Positions 55,613 to 64,000 of a DNA stretch of 64,000 nt are shown one piece after another (the stretch's first letter is position 1; every line of letters starts with the position of its first letter). Both the position numbers and the translations under genes were made by a program. The notes under the pieces are model-generated. The model made no database searches. It was not told the DNA's origin and worked only from the letters and a program-made list of their open reading frames with translations. The DNA is from Candidatus Latescibacterota bacterium (GTDB lineage: Bacteria; Latescibacterota; UBA2968; UBA8231): positions 6,432,001 through 6,496,000 of the forward strand of contig OZ241867.1 in the NCBI GenBank assembly GCA_965203175.1. Reading direction: 5' to 3'.

Positions 55613-57577
55613 TTATTTGATGTACACCAGCGGCTGCCGGTACAGTTGGGAGCCCACGCGCAGACGCGCCCAATAGACCCCAGAGGCCACCGGACGCCCC
55701 TCATCGTTGCGGGCATCCCACCCAGCTAGGTAGCGCCCCACCCCTCGGCCGCCGGTCAGTTGGCGCACCAATTGGCCATCGACCCCATAAATGGCCAAGG
55801 CATAATCCGCCTCAAGCGGCAGCACGAAGGGAATTCTCGTGAAGCTGTTGAACGGATTGGGATAATTGGCCAGCAGAGCGGCCTTGTCGGGGGTGGTTTG
55901 TTCCACCTCCTCCACAGCCGTGGGGACCGCGCCGGGCAAATATCGGGCCAGTGCGGCACCGCTGATAATGTGGGCTTCCCCCGCGTTTTCGCGTCGATTG
56001 TCGGGTCCGTCGCCGGCCATGCCGTTGGGGATGGCGTCCACCCGCCCATCGCCATCCATATCGCCGCTAGCTCCCCAATAGGCTGAAAAATCGATCGGGT
56101 CGGGTGCTTGAATCCACACGACAGGTACTGCGGGGTCGGCCAAGTCAATCTCGTGCGGCAAATCAGGGCCGCCAGCCAACACCGCGAAACCGCCGGCGAA
56201 GCGCCGCTTGAGAGGCCCCTCGTCGCCGGGCACGCCGATAAAAAGGTCGTCGTACCCGTCTCCGTGGATATCGCCGGCAGCTACGGCGTCGCCAGTAATG
56301 GCATCGGGACGGGCACCATAGATAACAGTAATGTCGCTCGGCGGCGCGGCCATATCCAGCCGCTGTCCGCGCCGCTGCGGACCGCCATACACCACGTACA
56401 CCTCGCCAGCGTCGGTGCGGCTATTGCCCGGACCGTCGGCCCGGTACGCACCAATGAATAGGTCTTGGATACCATTGCCGTCGATATCGGCCAAGACGAT
56501 TTCCTCGCCCAGCCGGTCGGGCGAATTCCCGCCGCCATCGGCACCGAAAATGACGGTCAGATCGGCGGGCGGATCCCCGGCTAAATCAATGGCCGCGGGA
56601 CGCTGGGGACCGCCGTACACCACGTACATTTCCCCGGCGTTTTCGCGCTGGTTTTCAGGGCCATCCCCAGCGCCGCCGGTGCGATGGTACGCATTGCGCA
56701 AGGTGCCAAAAGCCGCCGCGCCAATGGCGATGTCGTCGTACCCGTCGCCGTCAAAGTCGCCAGCGACCACGGTCGAACCAGCGTGGTCTAGGGCATCGAT
56801 GCCGTAGATGATACTCAAGGGTTGTTCCGCAGCCGCCAGATCGATAGTAGCGCCCGAATCTAGCGGGCCGTAGAGGACGTACACCCGTCCCGCCTCAACA
56901 GCCCCTGCCGCCCCCGAGGCTCGGTCAGCCCCCACCACCGCATCCCGGTAGCCATCGCCGTCGAAATCCCCGGCAGTCATCCACACCCCCAAGCGGTTGT
57001 CGCGTTCAGCGCCGATAACGGTAATCAACCCCTCTGGCCAAGGTCGTTGCGCCAAATCCAAGCGCCTCCCTGCGGCCCGCAACCGAGCGATAAGTTCGGC
57101 CGAGAAAATATAGAGCTTGCCGGCGTTGGAACGATCGGGAGCATCGGCGTAAAAAGCGCCCACCAAAAGATCGGCGCGCCCGTCGCCCATGAGGTCGGCC
57201 ACATGGGTCTTAATACCGAAAAGATCGCGCCGGGCCTCGCCATATAGAGTGACCACATCGCCGGAGTCAGCGGCCAAGTCCAGGCCGCCCCCCGAGGGTA
57301 TGGTGTCGAAGCAAATGGCCACTTCTCCGGCATTGGAGCGATCATTGGCGGGACCATCGCCAGCCATGGCCGAAATCACCAGATCGTCGCGCCCATCGCC
57401 ATCGATATCGCCGGCGGTAATAGGAGTGCCGAATTCGGCATCATTGACGTCGGGGTTGTACACTGTGAGCTGGCCTGTCTGGGCAGTATCGGCTAGATCC
57501 CACACGTGGACTATTTGGGCTGAGACCGGAATGGCGAGACAGCACAGGACCGACGACAGGGTAGCAGCGTATTTCAT
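55613..57577 (-). CDS. FG-GAP (integrin alpha-like) repeat protein with FlgD/T9SS-A-like CTD
   Basis: Repeated GDxDGDGxDDLxIGA..AGEVY units; signal peptide; NYPNPFN..WDARND.GRPVASGVY. Confidence 0.88.
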   Translation of the reverse strand: MKYAATLSSVLCCLAIPVSAQIVHVWDLADTAQTGQLTVYNPDVNDAEFGTPITAGDIDGDGRDDLVISAMAGDGPANDRSNAGEVAICFDTIPSGGGLDLAADSGDVVTLYGEARRDLFGIKTHVADLMGDGRADLLVGAFYADAPDRSNAGKLYIFSAELIARLRAAGRRLDLAQRPWPEGLITVIGAERDNRLGVWMTAGDFDGDGYRDAVVGADRASGAAGAVEAGRVYVLYGPLDSGATIDLAAAEQPLSIIYGIDALDHAGSTVVAGDFDGDGYDDIAIGAAAFGTLRNAYHRTGGAGDGPENQRENAGEMYVVYGGPQRPAAIDLAGDPPADLTVIFGADGGGNSPDRLGEEIVLADIDGNGIQDLFIGAYRADGPGNSRTDAGEVYVVYGGPQRRGQRLDMAAPPSDITVIYGARPDAITGDAVAAGDIHGDGYDDLFIGVPGDEGPLKRRFAGGFAVLAGGPDLPHEIDLADPAVPVVWIQAPDPIDFSAYWGASGDMDGDGRVDAIPNGMAGDGPDNRRENAGEAHIISGAALARYLPGAVPTAVEEVEQTTPDKAALLANYPNPFNSFTRIPFVLPLEADYALAIYGVDGQLVRQLTGGRGVGRYLAGWDARNDEGRPVASGVYWARLRVGSQLYRQPLVYIK

Positions 57578-57635
57578 GGAAATTCTCGGTAAAAAACTTG
57601 GCGAATTACTGCATATGCCAAAGTCAAAAGTTGAA

Positions 57636-58016
57636 TTACCAAATAGCTTGTGAATAAAATGCGCGGATAGCGGAATCCGAAGTGACGAGCGGGCAGGCAT
57701 GCAAACTAGCCGTAGCAACAATGGTGCGGTCAGCAGGGTCGCGATGATCCCAGTCGAGTTCGAGATTTTTGATCCAAGTCCGGACGTCTACCGGGAGAAT
57801 ATCGAGACGGTCGATTTGTTCTAGTTTATCGGTGAATTCTTGGATGGAAATCGGTATGGAGAGCTGTTCTTTTTTTACTTTAATGCCAATTTCCCAGATA
57901 GAGATCGAACTAAGAGCAATGCGGTCGGCGTCCGAGATCGCTTGTGCTGCGGTTCGAGATAGCCGGTCTCGATTTAGCGTCCAGAATACGAGGGCCGAAG
58001 TATCCAAGACGATCAC
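57636..58016 (-). CDS. vapC: PIN-domain toxin VapC
   Basis: IVLDTSAL, SSISIWE, HRDPADRTIVATA, LVTSD; GTGA overlap with antitoxin. Confidence 0.92.
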   Translation of the reverse strand: MIVLDTSALVFWTLNRDRLSRTAAQAISDADRIALSSISIWEIGIKVKKEQLSIPISIQEFTDKLEQIDRLDILPVDVRTWIKNLELDWDHRDPADRTIVATASLHACPLVTSDSAIRAFYSQAIW

Positions 58017-58246
58017 GCCAGCGCTCCCCATTCGTCAGTGGTCGGCGTATTGATGTCTTCGCGATAGACGACTTTGCCCTGAATCGCTCCGAACACCTCT
58101 TCCACGGTCTTTTTTTGCGCAATCGGCTGAATGCGCAAAACAGGGCGATTGTGATCTGTCACCACCCATTCTTCGCCGGTTTCTTCAATCTCGCGAAAGA
58201 TGCGAAGCATATTGGCTTTCAATTTACTCTTTGAAATAGAAGGCAT
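58013..58246 (-). CDS. Phd/YefM family antitoxin
   Basis: ISKSKLKANML.IFREIEETGEE.VVTDHNRPVLRI. Confidence 0.88.
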   Translation of the reverse strand: MPSISKSKLKANMLRIFREIEETGEEWVVTDHNRPVLRIQPIAQKKTVEEVFGAIQGKVVYREDINTPTTDEWGALA

Positions 58247-58266
58247 TTTCTTTCCTTTTTGATGTA

Positions 58267-58296
58267 TTATGACCACAGTTATGACTATGGTCATAA
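58267..58296. promoter_or_regulatory. Palindromic operator upstream of the antitoxin
   Basis: TTATGACCA-N12-TGGTCATAA and nested TTATGAC-TATG-GTCATAA inverted repeats. Confidence 0.7.
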
Positions 58297-58324
58297 AATG
58301 CACAAAATCTCTTTGTTGTCAAAG

Positions 58325-59155
58325 TCACAGACTGCGACTAGCCCGATACCTGCTCACTAACCGGCTGACGACAAAGGCGCAGAGCAGGGAACATATCGTC
58401 AGCCAGACCAGCCGTTCGATTCCAGCGCGGGGATACTCGACGTAAATACGACCCCAATCAGAATCGTCTTTTAGAGGCAACGCACGCGGGGCGAGAAGAT
58501 GAGCCAAGACGCCCGCCTGACGCGCCGGGGCGATACTCCCCGCAAAGCCACCGACGTACAGAGGAAATTCCACAGTCTGCCCACAGCCCGTGACGCGGAG
58601 TACGTGTTCGCCGGATCCCTCCGGTCGGAGACGCCAGACCAGACGGTGTAGGACCGGCTCCCGCACTGAAGGACTCAGCGCGCCCGTTCCTTGGACCCAT
58701 TCGAGTTTGCAGTCCATGTGGGCCATATCGGCAGTAGGCCGGGCCAGTACTGCGGTCAGCAGCGTTTCAGCACCGCTCGGAATGGGCGCAAGGGCAAAGC
58801 GGTAGTGGGCCTGTATCAACAAGGGAGCGCTCGCCAGCAAAGAAAGGACGAGCGGAACCAAAAGAATGCCGCTATAGCGCAAATTGGCCTTGAGCAATGC
58901 TAGTTGCGCCTGCCATACCAACAAAGGCTCGCGCCGGTAGAGCCAGATTTCGAAAAGGGCAGCCCACAACTCGTCGCGGGCCTGGCGCAGGCGTTCTCTG
59001 CGGACCAGCGCGGCGAATATCAGCGAAACCACTATCCCCAAGACAGCCGCCACACCAAGGATCTCCGCCCACCTCCCCAGCGCTGCCAAGGGTGCCATAC
59101 AGGCGTCGAACGCATAGTTGGCCAAGCGGTTGTAGTAGAGAACAAGGGCCTGCAT
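58325..59155 (-). CDS. Hypothetical membrane protein
   Basis: Three to four hydrophobic segments; ALFEIWLYRREP motif; last gene of the AlkP operon. Confidence 0.7.
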   Translation of the reverse strand: MQALVLYYNRLANYAFDACMAPLAALGRWAEILGVAAVLGIVVSLIFAALVRRERLRQARDELWAALFEIWLYRREPLLVWQAQLALLKANLRYSGILLVPLVLSLLASAPLLIQAHYRFALAPIPSGAETLLTAVLARPTADMAHMDCKLEWVQGTGALSPSVREPVLHRLVWRLRPEGSGEHVLRVTGCGQTVEFPLYVGGFAGSIAPARQAGVLAHLLAPRALPLKDDSDWGRIYVEYPRAGIERLVWLTICSLLCAFVVSRLVSRYRASRSL

Positions 59156-59158
59156 GTC

Positions 59159-59353
59159 CTACTCCAGATAGCCCAAACCCCTGAGACGTTCTTCGATTTG
59201 TGCTTGGTCCGCAGCCGACGGAGCGTCGAGTTCTTTCTCAATGCAGTGGATGACAAACTCTTCCACACTGCTGTACCCTACCTTTTCGACGTGGGCTTGA
59301 GCGCGCTGCCAAAGCTGGTCGTCCAAGGCGATTTTTCGTTTAAAAAGCGCCAT
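59159..59353 (-). CDS. Small hypothetical protein (RHH-like N-terminus, ERLRGLGYLE C-terminus)
   Basis: GGAGG RBS; tightly packed between neighbours; GYSSVEEFV.H.IEKEL. Confidence 0.75.
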   Translation of the reverse strand: MALFKRKIALDDQLWQRAQAHVEKVGYSSVEEFVIHCIEKELDAPSAADQAQIEERLRGLGYLE

Positions 59354-61330
59354 TTAATCCTCCCAGATCGAATGTCCCGACATAGCGGCCGGCGGGGCCA
59401 CACCGTAGTGTGCAAGGATACTAACCGGAATGTCCCGCAGATGGTGTGGGATGGGCTTCAGCGGTTTATTGCTCAGGAGAACGCCAGGCACCTCTTCGGC
59501 CGCCATGCAGTGATCCCCACTCCAAGGAGAGAGATTATCCTGCAAAACCGCACTCTCCAGTTGGCCAATGGCCGTGGCACCCGAAGCGCGATACCCCCTC
59601 GCATAGCCGATGATCAAGTCGGGCGCTAGACCCGAATCGGCCCCAGAGTCCAGACGATAGACTTTTTTTATCACCTGCCGACCATCGACCGAGTCCCGCA
59701 AGGCGAGCAGCTTCTGGCTCAGTTCGCTGAGCAGGCTTTCCCGAGCCTCGGGCCGCACCGTCCCATGATGTTCGCGGCCCTTGAGATTGAGGTACAGGGC
59801 ATTGAGCCCCAAGCCATAGGCCCGAGTCTGTTCCCAACGCATGTGGCTCTCGTTGAGAATATGGGCCTGATCGAGCGACACTTGGGGAGCCAAGGCGAGA
59901 TAGCCCTCCCGCGCCAGCCAAGAATTGAGATTGAAAGAGCGCTCGTACGCGGCAAAGCCGTGGTCCGAAAGGACGATGATATCCACGTCTGCCCCCAGCA
60001 TGGCGACGGCCTCGCCCAGCAAATCGTCCATGGCGACGTACTGATCGGCAATGGCCTGTTGGTACGGGGCGAATTCCGCTCGGTGGCCCGGGTGATCGGG
60101 TGCCCAAGCGCGCCAGAGCATGTGGCAGACTTGATCGAGACTGTGGACGTAAAAAAAGAGCACGCCGGCCGCAAAGCGTCCCAACTCATAGCGCAATTGG
60201 CGTCGGCGTTCTTCGAGGGCCAAGGCGTCCTGGCGCAAGAATTCTCCGTAGTCAAAAACGTCTGCTTCGAGGGCTTTGGTATCGTCGGGCATGCCCTGGG
60301 TATAGTGTGGGCCAATAGCCTGGTGCAATTCTTCGCTGGCCTCTGGAGGAGTAGAAATGGGCATGGCCGGATTGCCGGGGTGGATATTGACCGGTGTCAG
60401 GTAGAGTTGCAGAGAGGGAGCCGCGGCCCGCAAGTAAAAGCGAGCAATGCCCTGCAGGCGTTCCAAGCTGTAGGGTCTGCGCCCGTAATCTATGGTAATC
60501 CACGGACTCCACTCGCCGGACTGGAGGACCAAGCGCTGTTGGTCGAGGACAATTTCGGCGGTCCGGTGCTGCCGATCTAGGTAAATCGCAAAATGGGTTT
60601 GCACCGGCCCTTCGTCGAGCGTCGGACCGTGGATGGGCAGTTGCGCCCAACCCTTTTCCAACTGGACGCTGATTATTTTGCCACCGGGAACTACCAATTC
60701 CCCCCCGGCCACTAGACTGGTGCCCCCGCCTTCGAGGTACGCCGGTACAGTGTACGGCCCCTCGGTGTAATAGGTAAAAGTTCCATAGGTCCCCAACATA
60801 TCCGGCGTGCCCATGCCCGAGAAAGCGCGCACATCGCAGGGACGAAAAAACGGCAGGTCTGCAAAACTCCCCGCTGGCTGAGAGGGAGGAAAATTGGCCG
60901 GCACTTTGAAAATAGTCGTGGGAACACCTCGTTCAGCGAGGATTTCCCAAAAGGGCCGACCCCGGCGCTGCAACGCCAGCTCGCCGGATTCCCCTCGGCG
61001 CGCGATAGACAGAAAGGGAGTCAGGGAGGCCGGGTCGCGGTGGACAAAGTCGAAAATGCCGTGATCCTGTGGATCCAAGCCAGTAATAAAGCTCGCCCAT
61101 GCCACCGGACTCTGCGGCGGCGCACTAGTTTGCAAAGGCGCAAAACCCCCGCGCCGGGCCAGAGCCTCAAAGTGAGGCATCCGGCCCTCGGTCATCAACG
61201 TCCGCAGAATTTGCGGGTCCATGCCGTCGATGCCCAGCACCAGCAGGCGGTCCGGCAGAGGACCAGAGCGGCAGCTCCAAGTCCAGGACAGGAGGCCGAT
61301 CAGAACGATGGCAAGAGCGGCGTTAGGCAT
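59354..61330 (-). CDS. Alkaline phosphatase superfamily / type I phosphodiesterase-nucleotide pyrophosphatase
   Basis: LVLGIDGMDP, PPQSPVAWASFITG, HGIFDF, DQVCH, LSDHGF, WSGDH. Confidence 0.88.
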   Translation of the reverse strand: MPNAALAIVLIGLLSWTWSCRSGPLPDRLLVLGIDGMDPQILRTLMTEGRMPHFEALARRGGFAPLQTSAPPQSPVAWASFITGLDPQDHGIFDFVHRDPASLTPFLSIARRGESGELALQRRGRPFWEILAERGVPTTIFKVPANFPPSQPAGSFADLPFFRPCDVRAFSGMGTPDMLGTYGTFTYYTEGPYTVPAYLEGGGTSLVAGGELVVPGGKIISVQLEKGWAQLPIHGPTLDEGPVQTHFAIYLDRQHRTAEIVLDQQRLVLQSGEWSPWITIDYGRRPYSLERLQGIARFYLRAAAPSLQLYLTPVNIHPGNPAMPISTPPEASEELHQAIGPHYTQGMPDDTKALEADVFDYGEFLRQDALALEERRRQLRYELGRFAAGVLFFYVHSLDQVCHMLWRAWAPDHPGHRAEFAPYQQAIADQYVAMDDLLGEAVAMLGADVDIIVLSDHGFAAYERSFNLNSWLAREGYLALAPQVSLDQAHILNESHMRWEQTRAYGLGLNALYLNLKGREHHGTVRPEARESLLSELSQKLLALRDSVDGRQVIKKVYRLDSGADSGLAPDLIIGYARGYRASGATAIGQLESAVLQDNLSPWSGDHCMAAEEVPGVLLSNKPLKPIPHHLRDIPVSILAHYGVAPPAAMSGHSIWED

Positions 61331-63470
61331 CGGACCCAGCGTCCGAGGCGAATACATTTCGGCCCTGCATATAAGACGGCGGCTCAATCCCAAAGAGGCC
61401 CAGAATAGAAGGAGGAATATCGAGCAAGTGGGGATTGCGAATGTCTATTTTGCGGTTGCAGAAAAACACGCCGGGCACCAGCCGCGGGTCCACGCAGTGG
61501 TCGCCGCTCCAAGGCCGGGTATTGGTCTCAAAGACAGCCTCGGTCACTTGGCCGCTAGCCCCGCTCCAAGAAGCGCGGTATCCGGCGTTGTACCCAATGA
61601 GTAGATCCGGGCCATCGTCCGTATAAGGACCGCTGAAAGAAGCCGCCGTATCCCAAGCCTTGTTGATGGCCGTCTCGCCCGTCTCCTGGTCCACCAGACC
61701 GGTGAGGCGGGAGCACAGTTCGGCCTTGAGTTGGCGCAATTCCGTCCCAGGGGCGACAATCCCGCCAGCTTCGCGGCCCCTGAGATTGATGAATAGGCCA
61801 GTGAGGCCCAGAGCAAAAGCCCAGGTGCGGCTCCAATCGACTTGAGCCAGCCACTCGTCGCTGTGCGTGCAGCCCTCGTGCAAACACAAGTACCCATTTT
61901 GCCACAGCCACGTATTGAGGTTGACGCCGCGTTTAAAGGCGCAAAAGCCGTGGTCGGAAATGACCATGAGTACGGTTTTGGCGCAGTCGATTTTTTTTAG
62001 CGTGCGTCCCACTAGGTCGTCCATGCGCGCGTACATATCGGGGATGGTATCGGCCAAGCCGTTGACTTCCCGGCCCCGGTTAGCCGGATGGTCGGGATCT
62101 AGGGTGCGGAAAAACATGTGCTGGATGCGGTCGGGGCTGTCAAAGACGCAGGCCGCGAGGCCCTTTGGGGTTTTGTCGAGCGCGTGGAAAAACATGGCTT
62201 GGCGCTCGTCATCGAGTAAGTAGGTCTGGTCGAGAAAGGCCTGCTCGTCAATTAAATCGGCATTGAGTGCATCAGTGTCTTCCGCCAAGCCCACGGTGGC
62301 GAACTTGCCCAGGCGTCGGGCGAGGTAGGGGGCATAGGACGGAGGGTGAGAAAGGGGCAAGTGGGGATGAGCAGGGTCAATTTGAATGGGGGTGACATAG
62401 AGTTTGAGTGGTTCGGCTTCAATCAGGTAGAAGCGGCAAATGCCGTGCACCTGGATCCCTGGTCCAGCGGCAAAGGCGAGCGTTATCCAAGGGGAGTAAA
62501 TTCGCTTTTGCAGAGCTATTCTTTGGCCTCCGATCACCAGCGTAGCCGACTCGGCGACCGGATCTACGGTCAGATCCATGGCGGCTGTTAGTCTTTTGCC
62601 GTCCGGGCGCAGCGAGTTGGCGGGACCGGGGATACTGGTGCGGACCCTGCCGCGCTCAAGTTCGAGGCGGATGCAGCGGCCCACAGAGGTGTCTTGAGGT
62701 CCGGGTCCGCTAAAAAAATAAGTGCACTCGCCCTGAGTGCCGCGCAGATCTGGCGCGCTCATGCCCGCGAGCAGGAGCCCCGCGAATTTTTCTGGGGGAA
62801 AACTGATGGGCACCCGGACAATGGAACTGGAGACGTGGTTGTCGCCCAGGACCTTCCAAAAAGGCTGGCTCCGCCGCAAATTGCGCACCTGCGCTTTGCC
62901 CAAGGGCAGGCGGTACGGACCGAGCCTCAGGCTTCGGCGCGAGGCGCTGATCCGCGCCGAAGACAGTACAGGCTGGTACGTGTGTGGATCGCGGGTGATA
63001 AAGTCGTAGATGCGGTGCCTAGAAGCATCCACTCCCGTGGCAAAAGCCGACCACGCCGCTGGCGTAATGGCGGGCAAGGTAGTCTGCAAAGGACGAAAGG
63101 TTCCCTGCTCGGCCAGCTTTTTAAACGCCGGCAGCCGGCCTTCCTCCATCCAGCGGGCCACTAGCTGAGGATCGAGGCCATCGAGGCCGATGACCACCAC
63201 GCGCTCAGCGCTTGCTTGAGCTGCAATTTTTTTGCCGCGACGCCAGCTAAGCAGCAAGCGGACGGGCAGTACTAGGATGGCAAGCGCGGCGAGAACGAGG
63301 GCAGCGAGGGTCCAAAAACCGCTAGCTAGAACAAAGCCAGCGCCGGGGCCGACATAGGCGTCGGCCCGTTGGACAACGAGGCAAGTGCCGTTCCAGACGA
63401 GGAAGAGGAGCCATGCGGAGACGAGTCGGGGGAATTTATTTTGTGCTGGACTCGAATTAAATTTACTCAC
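61323..63470 (-). CDS. Alkaline phosphatase superfamily / type I phosphodiesterase (paralog, N-terminal AYVGPGAG plus TM)
   Basis: VVIGLDGLDP, PAITPAAWSAFATG, DRIQHMF, ISDHGF, WSGDH. Confidence 0.88.
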   Translation of the reverse strand: MSKFNSSPAQNKFPRLVSAWLLFLVWNGTCLVVQRADAYVGPGAGFVLASGFWTLAALVLAALAILVLPVRLLLSWRRGKKIAAQASAERVVVIGLDGLDPQLVARWMEEGRLPAFKKLAEQGTFRPLQTTLPAITPAAWSAFATGVDASRHRIYDFITRDPHTYQPVLSSARISASRRSLRLGPYRLPLGKAQVRNLRRSQPFWKVLGDNHVSSSIVRVPISFPPEKFAGLLLAGMSAPDLRGTQGECTYFFSGPGPQDTSVGRCIRLELERGRVRTSIPGPANSLRPDGKRLTAAMDLTVDPVAESATLVIGGQRIALQKRIYSPWITLAFAAGPGIQVHGICRFYLIEAEPLKLYVTPIQIDPAHPHLPLSHPPSYAPYLARRLGKFATVGLAEDTDALNADLIDEQAFLDQTYLLDDERQAMFFHALDKTPKGLAACVFDSPDRIQHMFFRTLDPDHPANRGREVNGLADTIPDMYARMDDLVGRTLKKIDCAKTVLMVISDHGFCAFKRGVNLNTWLWQNGYLCLHEGCTHSDEWLAQVDWSRTWAFALGLTGLFINLRGREAGGIVAPGTELRQLKAELCSRLTGLVDQETGETAINKAWDTAASFSGPYTDDGPDLLIGYNAGYRASWSGASGQVTEAVFETNTRPWSGDHCVDPRLVPGVFFCNRKIDIRNPHLLDIPPSILGLFGIEPPSYMQGRNVFASDAGSDA

Positions 63471-63568
63471 AACGGAAGACCAATATCAGGGTATCTCTTT
63501 GTGGCTTTTGCTAATATACAACAATATGCTTTGGCTCTCGCTATACTTTCCCCAGGGGAGAAAACGCC

Positions 63569-64000
63569 ATGAAAAAAATCAACCGAGGAATCCTGTCGGC
63601 CCTGATGGCCGTTTGTGTGCTCGCCCTAGGTGCCGATGCCCTAGAGTTCGTAGAGCCCACCACCCCAGACAGAGTCGCGTATCTGACTTCGACGCCCTGG
63701 CTGGAAGTAGTCGAAAAAGAGGTGCCGCCTCTCCAACATTCACGGGCGGACCGCTGGCCCATGATCATGTGGCACGGCGTGGGTTTTGCGCCGCTGGCCG
63801 CGGACCAGATCCAGATGCTGTTGGCTCGCGGATTGACGCAGCACCTGCGGTTGGACCAAGGCATGATCGACGCGGCCAAAGCTCTGCAGGAGGCCGGATC
63901 GCCGGTGATTTTCATGCAGGGCAATGCCGGGGCCTGGCCCTATTCTCTAGCCGCTGATTCCAGTGCCTGGGCACACCAATTCGACGCCGGCTACCACTAT
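63569..64000 (+). CDS. Secreted hypothetical protein, 3'-partial
   Basis: GGAG RBS; MKKINRGILSALMAVCVLALGADA signal peptide; frame open to the window end. Confidence 0.65.
   Translation, partial: MKKINRGILSALMAVCVLALGADALEFVEPTTPDRVAYLTSTPWLEVVEKEVPPLQHSRADRWPMIMWHGVGFAPLAADQIQMLLARGLTQHLRLDQGMIDAAKALQEAGSPVIFMQGNAGAWPYSLAADSSAWAHQFDAGYHY

Noticed and set aside
1-64000. CRISPR arrays, tRNA/rRNA genes, and the many overlapping alternative-frame ORFs
   Set aside because: No regularly spaced repeats or RNA gene signatures were seen. The alternative ORFs are Arg/Pro/Ala-rich shadows typical of high-GC DNA.

Overview
GC-rich bacterial window. The gene content (many FlgD/T9SS-like C-terminal domain proteins, DUF6785-type membrane protein, amidohydrolase/Gfo/PhyH expansions, a 'TAVE..SWGxIK' tail) suggests Latescibacterota or a related FCB-superphylum lineage; this is inference only. 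Layout: (1) 1-24.3 kb, catabolic and transport genes, two secreted CTD proteins and a hicBA cassette; (2) 24.4-41 kb, a ~16-kb minus-strand cluster of uncharacterised envelope proteins (PPIase lipoprotein, three paralogous 'TPNGDG..VAY' CTD proteins, two paralogous probable outer-membrane proteins, a TPR protein and a CBM9-like protein), with a 161-bp MITE inside; (3) 41.3-55.6 kb, an ABC substrate-binding gene followed by a defence hotspot holding a TIR/TSD-bounded 1.09-kb element with an Rpn nuclease and a type I R-M locus stuffed with Fic, DUF2806, HEPN and orphan antitoxin genes; (4) 55.6-64 kb, an FG-GAP CTD protein, a vapBC-type cassette and an AlkP-superfamily operon. Best candidates for something new: the Rpn gene packaged as a transposase-less mobile cassette with a nested antitoxin ORF; TA cassettes without transposase flanked by variable-length direct repeats (8, 15, 41 bp); and the envelope cluster, which may be a T9SS type-B-like cargo/barrel/chaperone system. 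Family names come from motif recognition, not from database searches.
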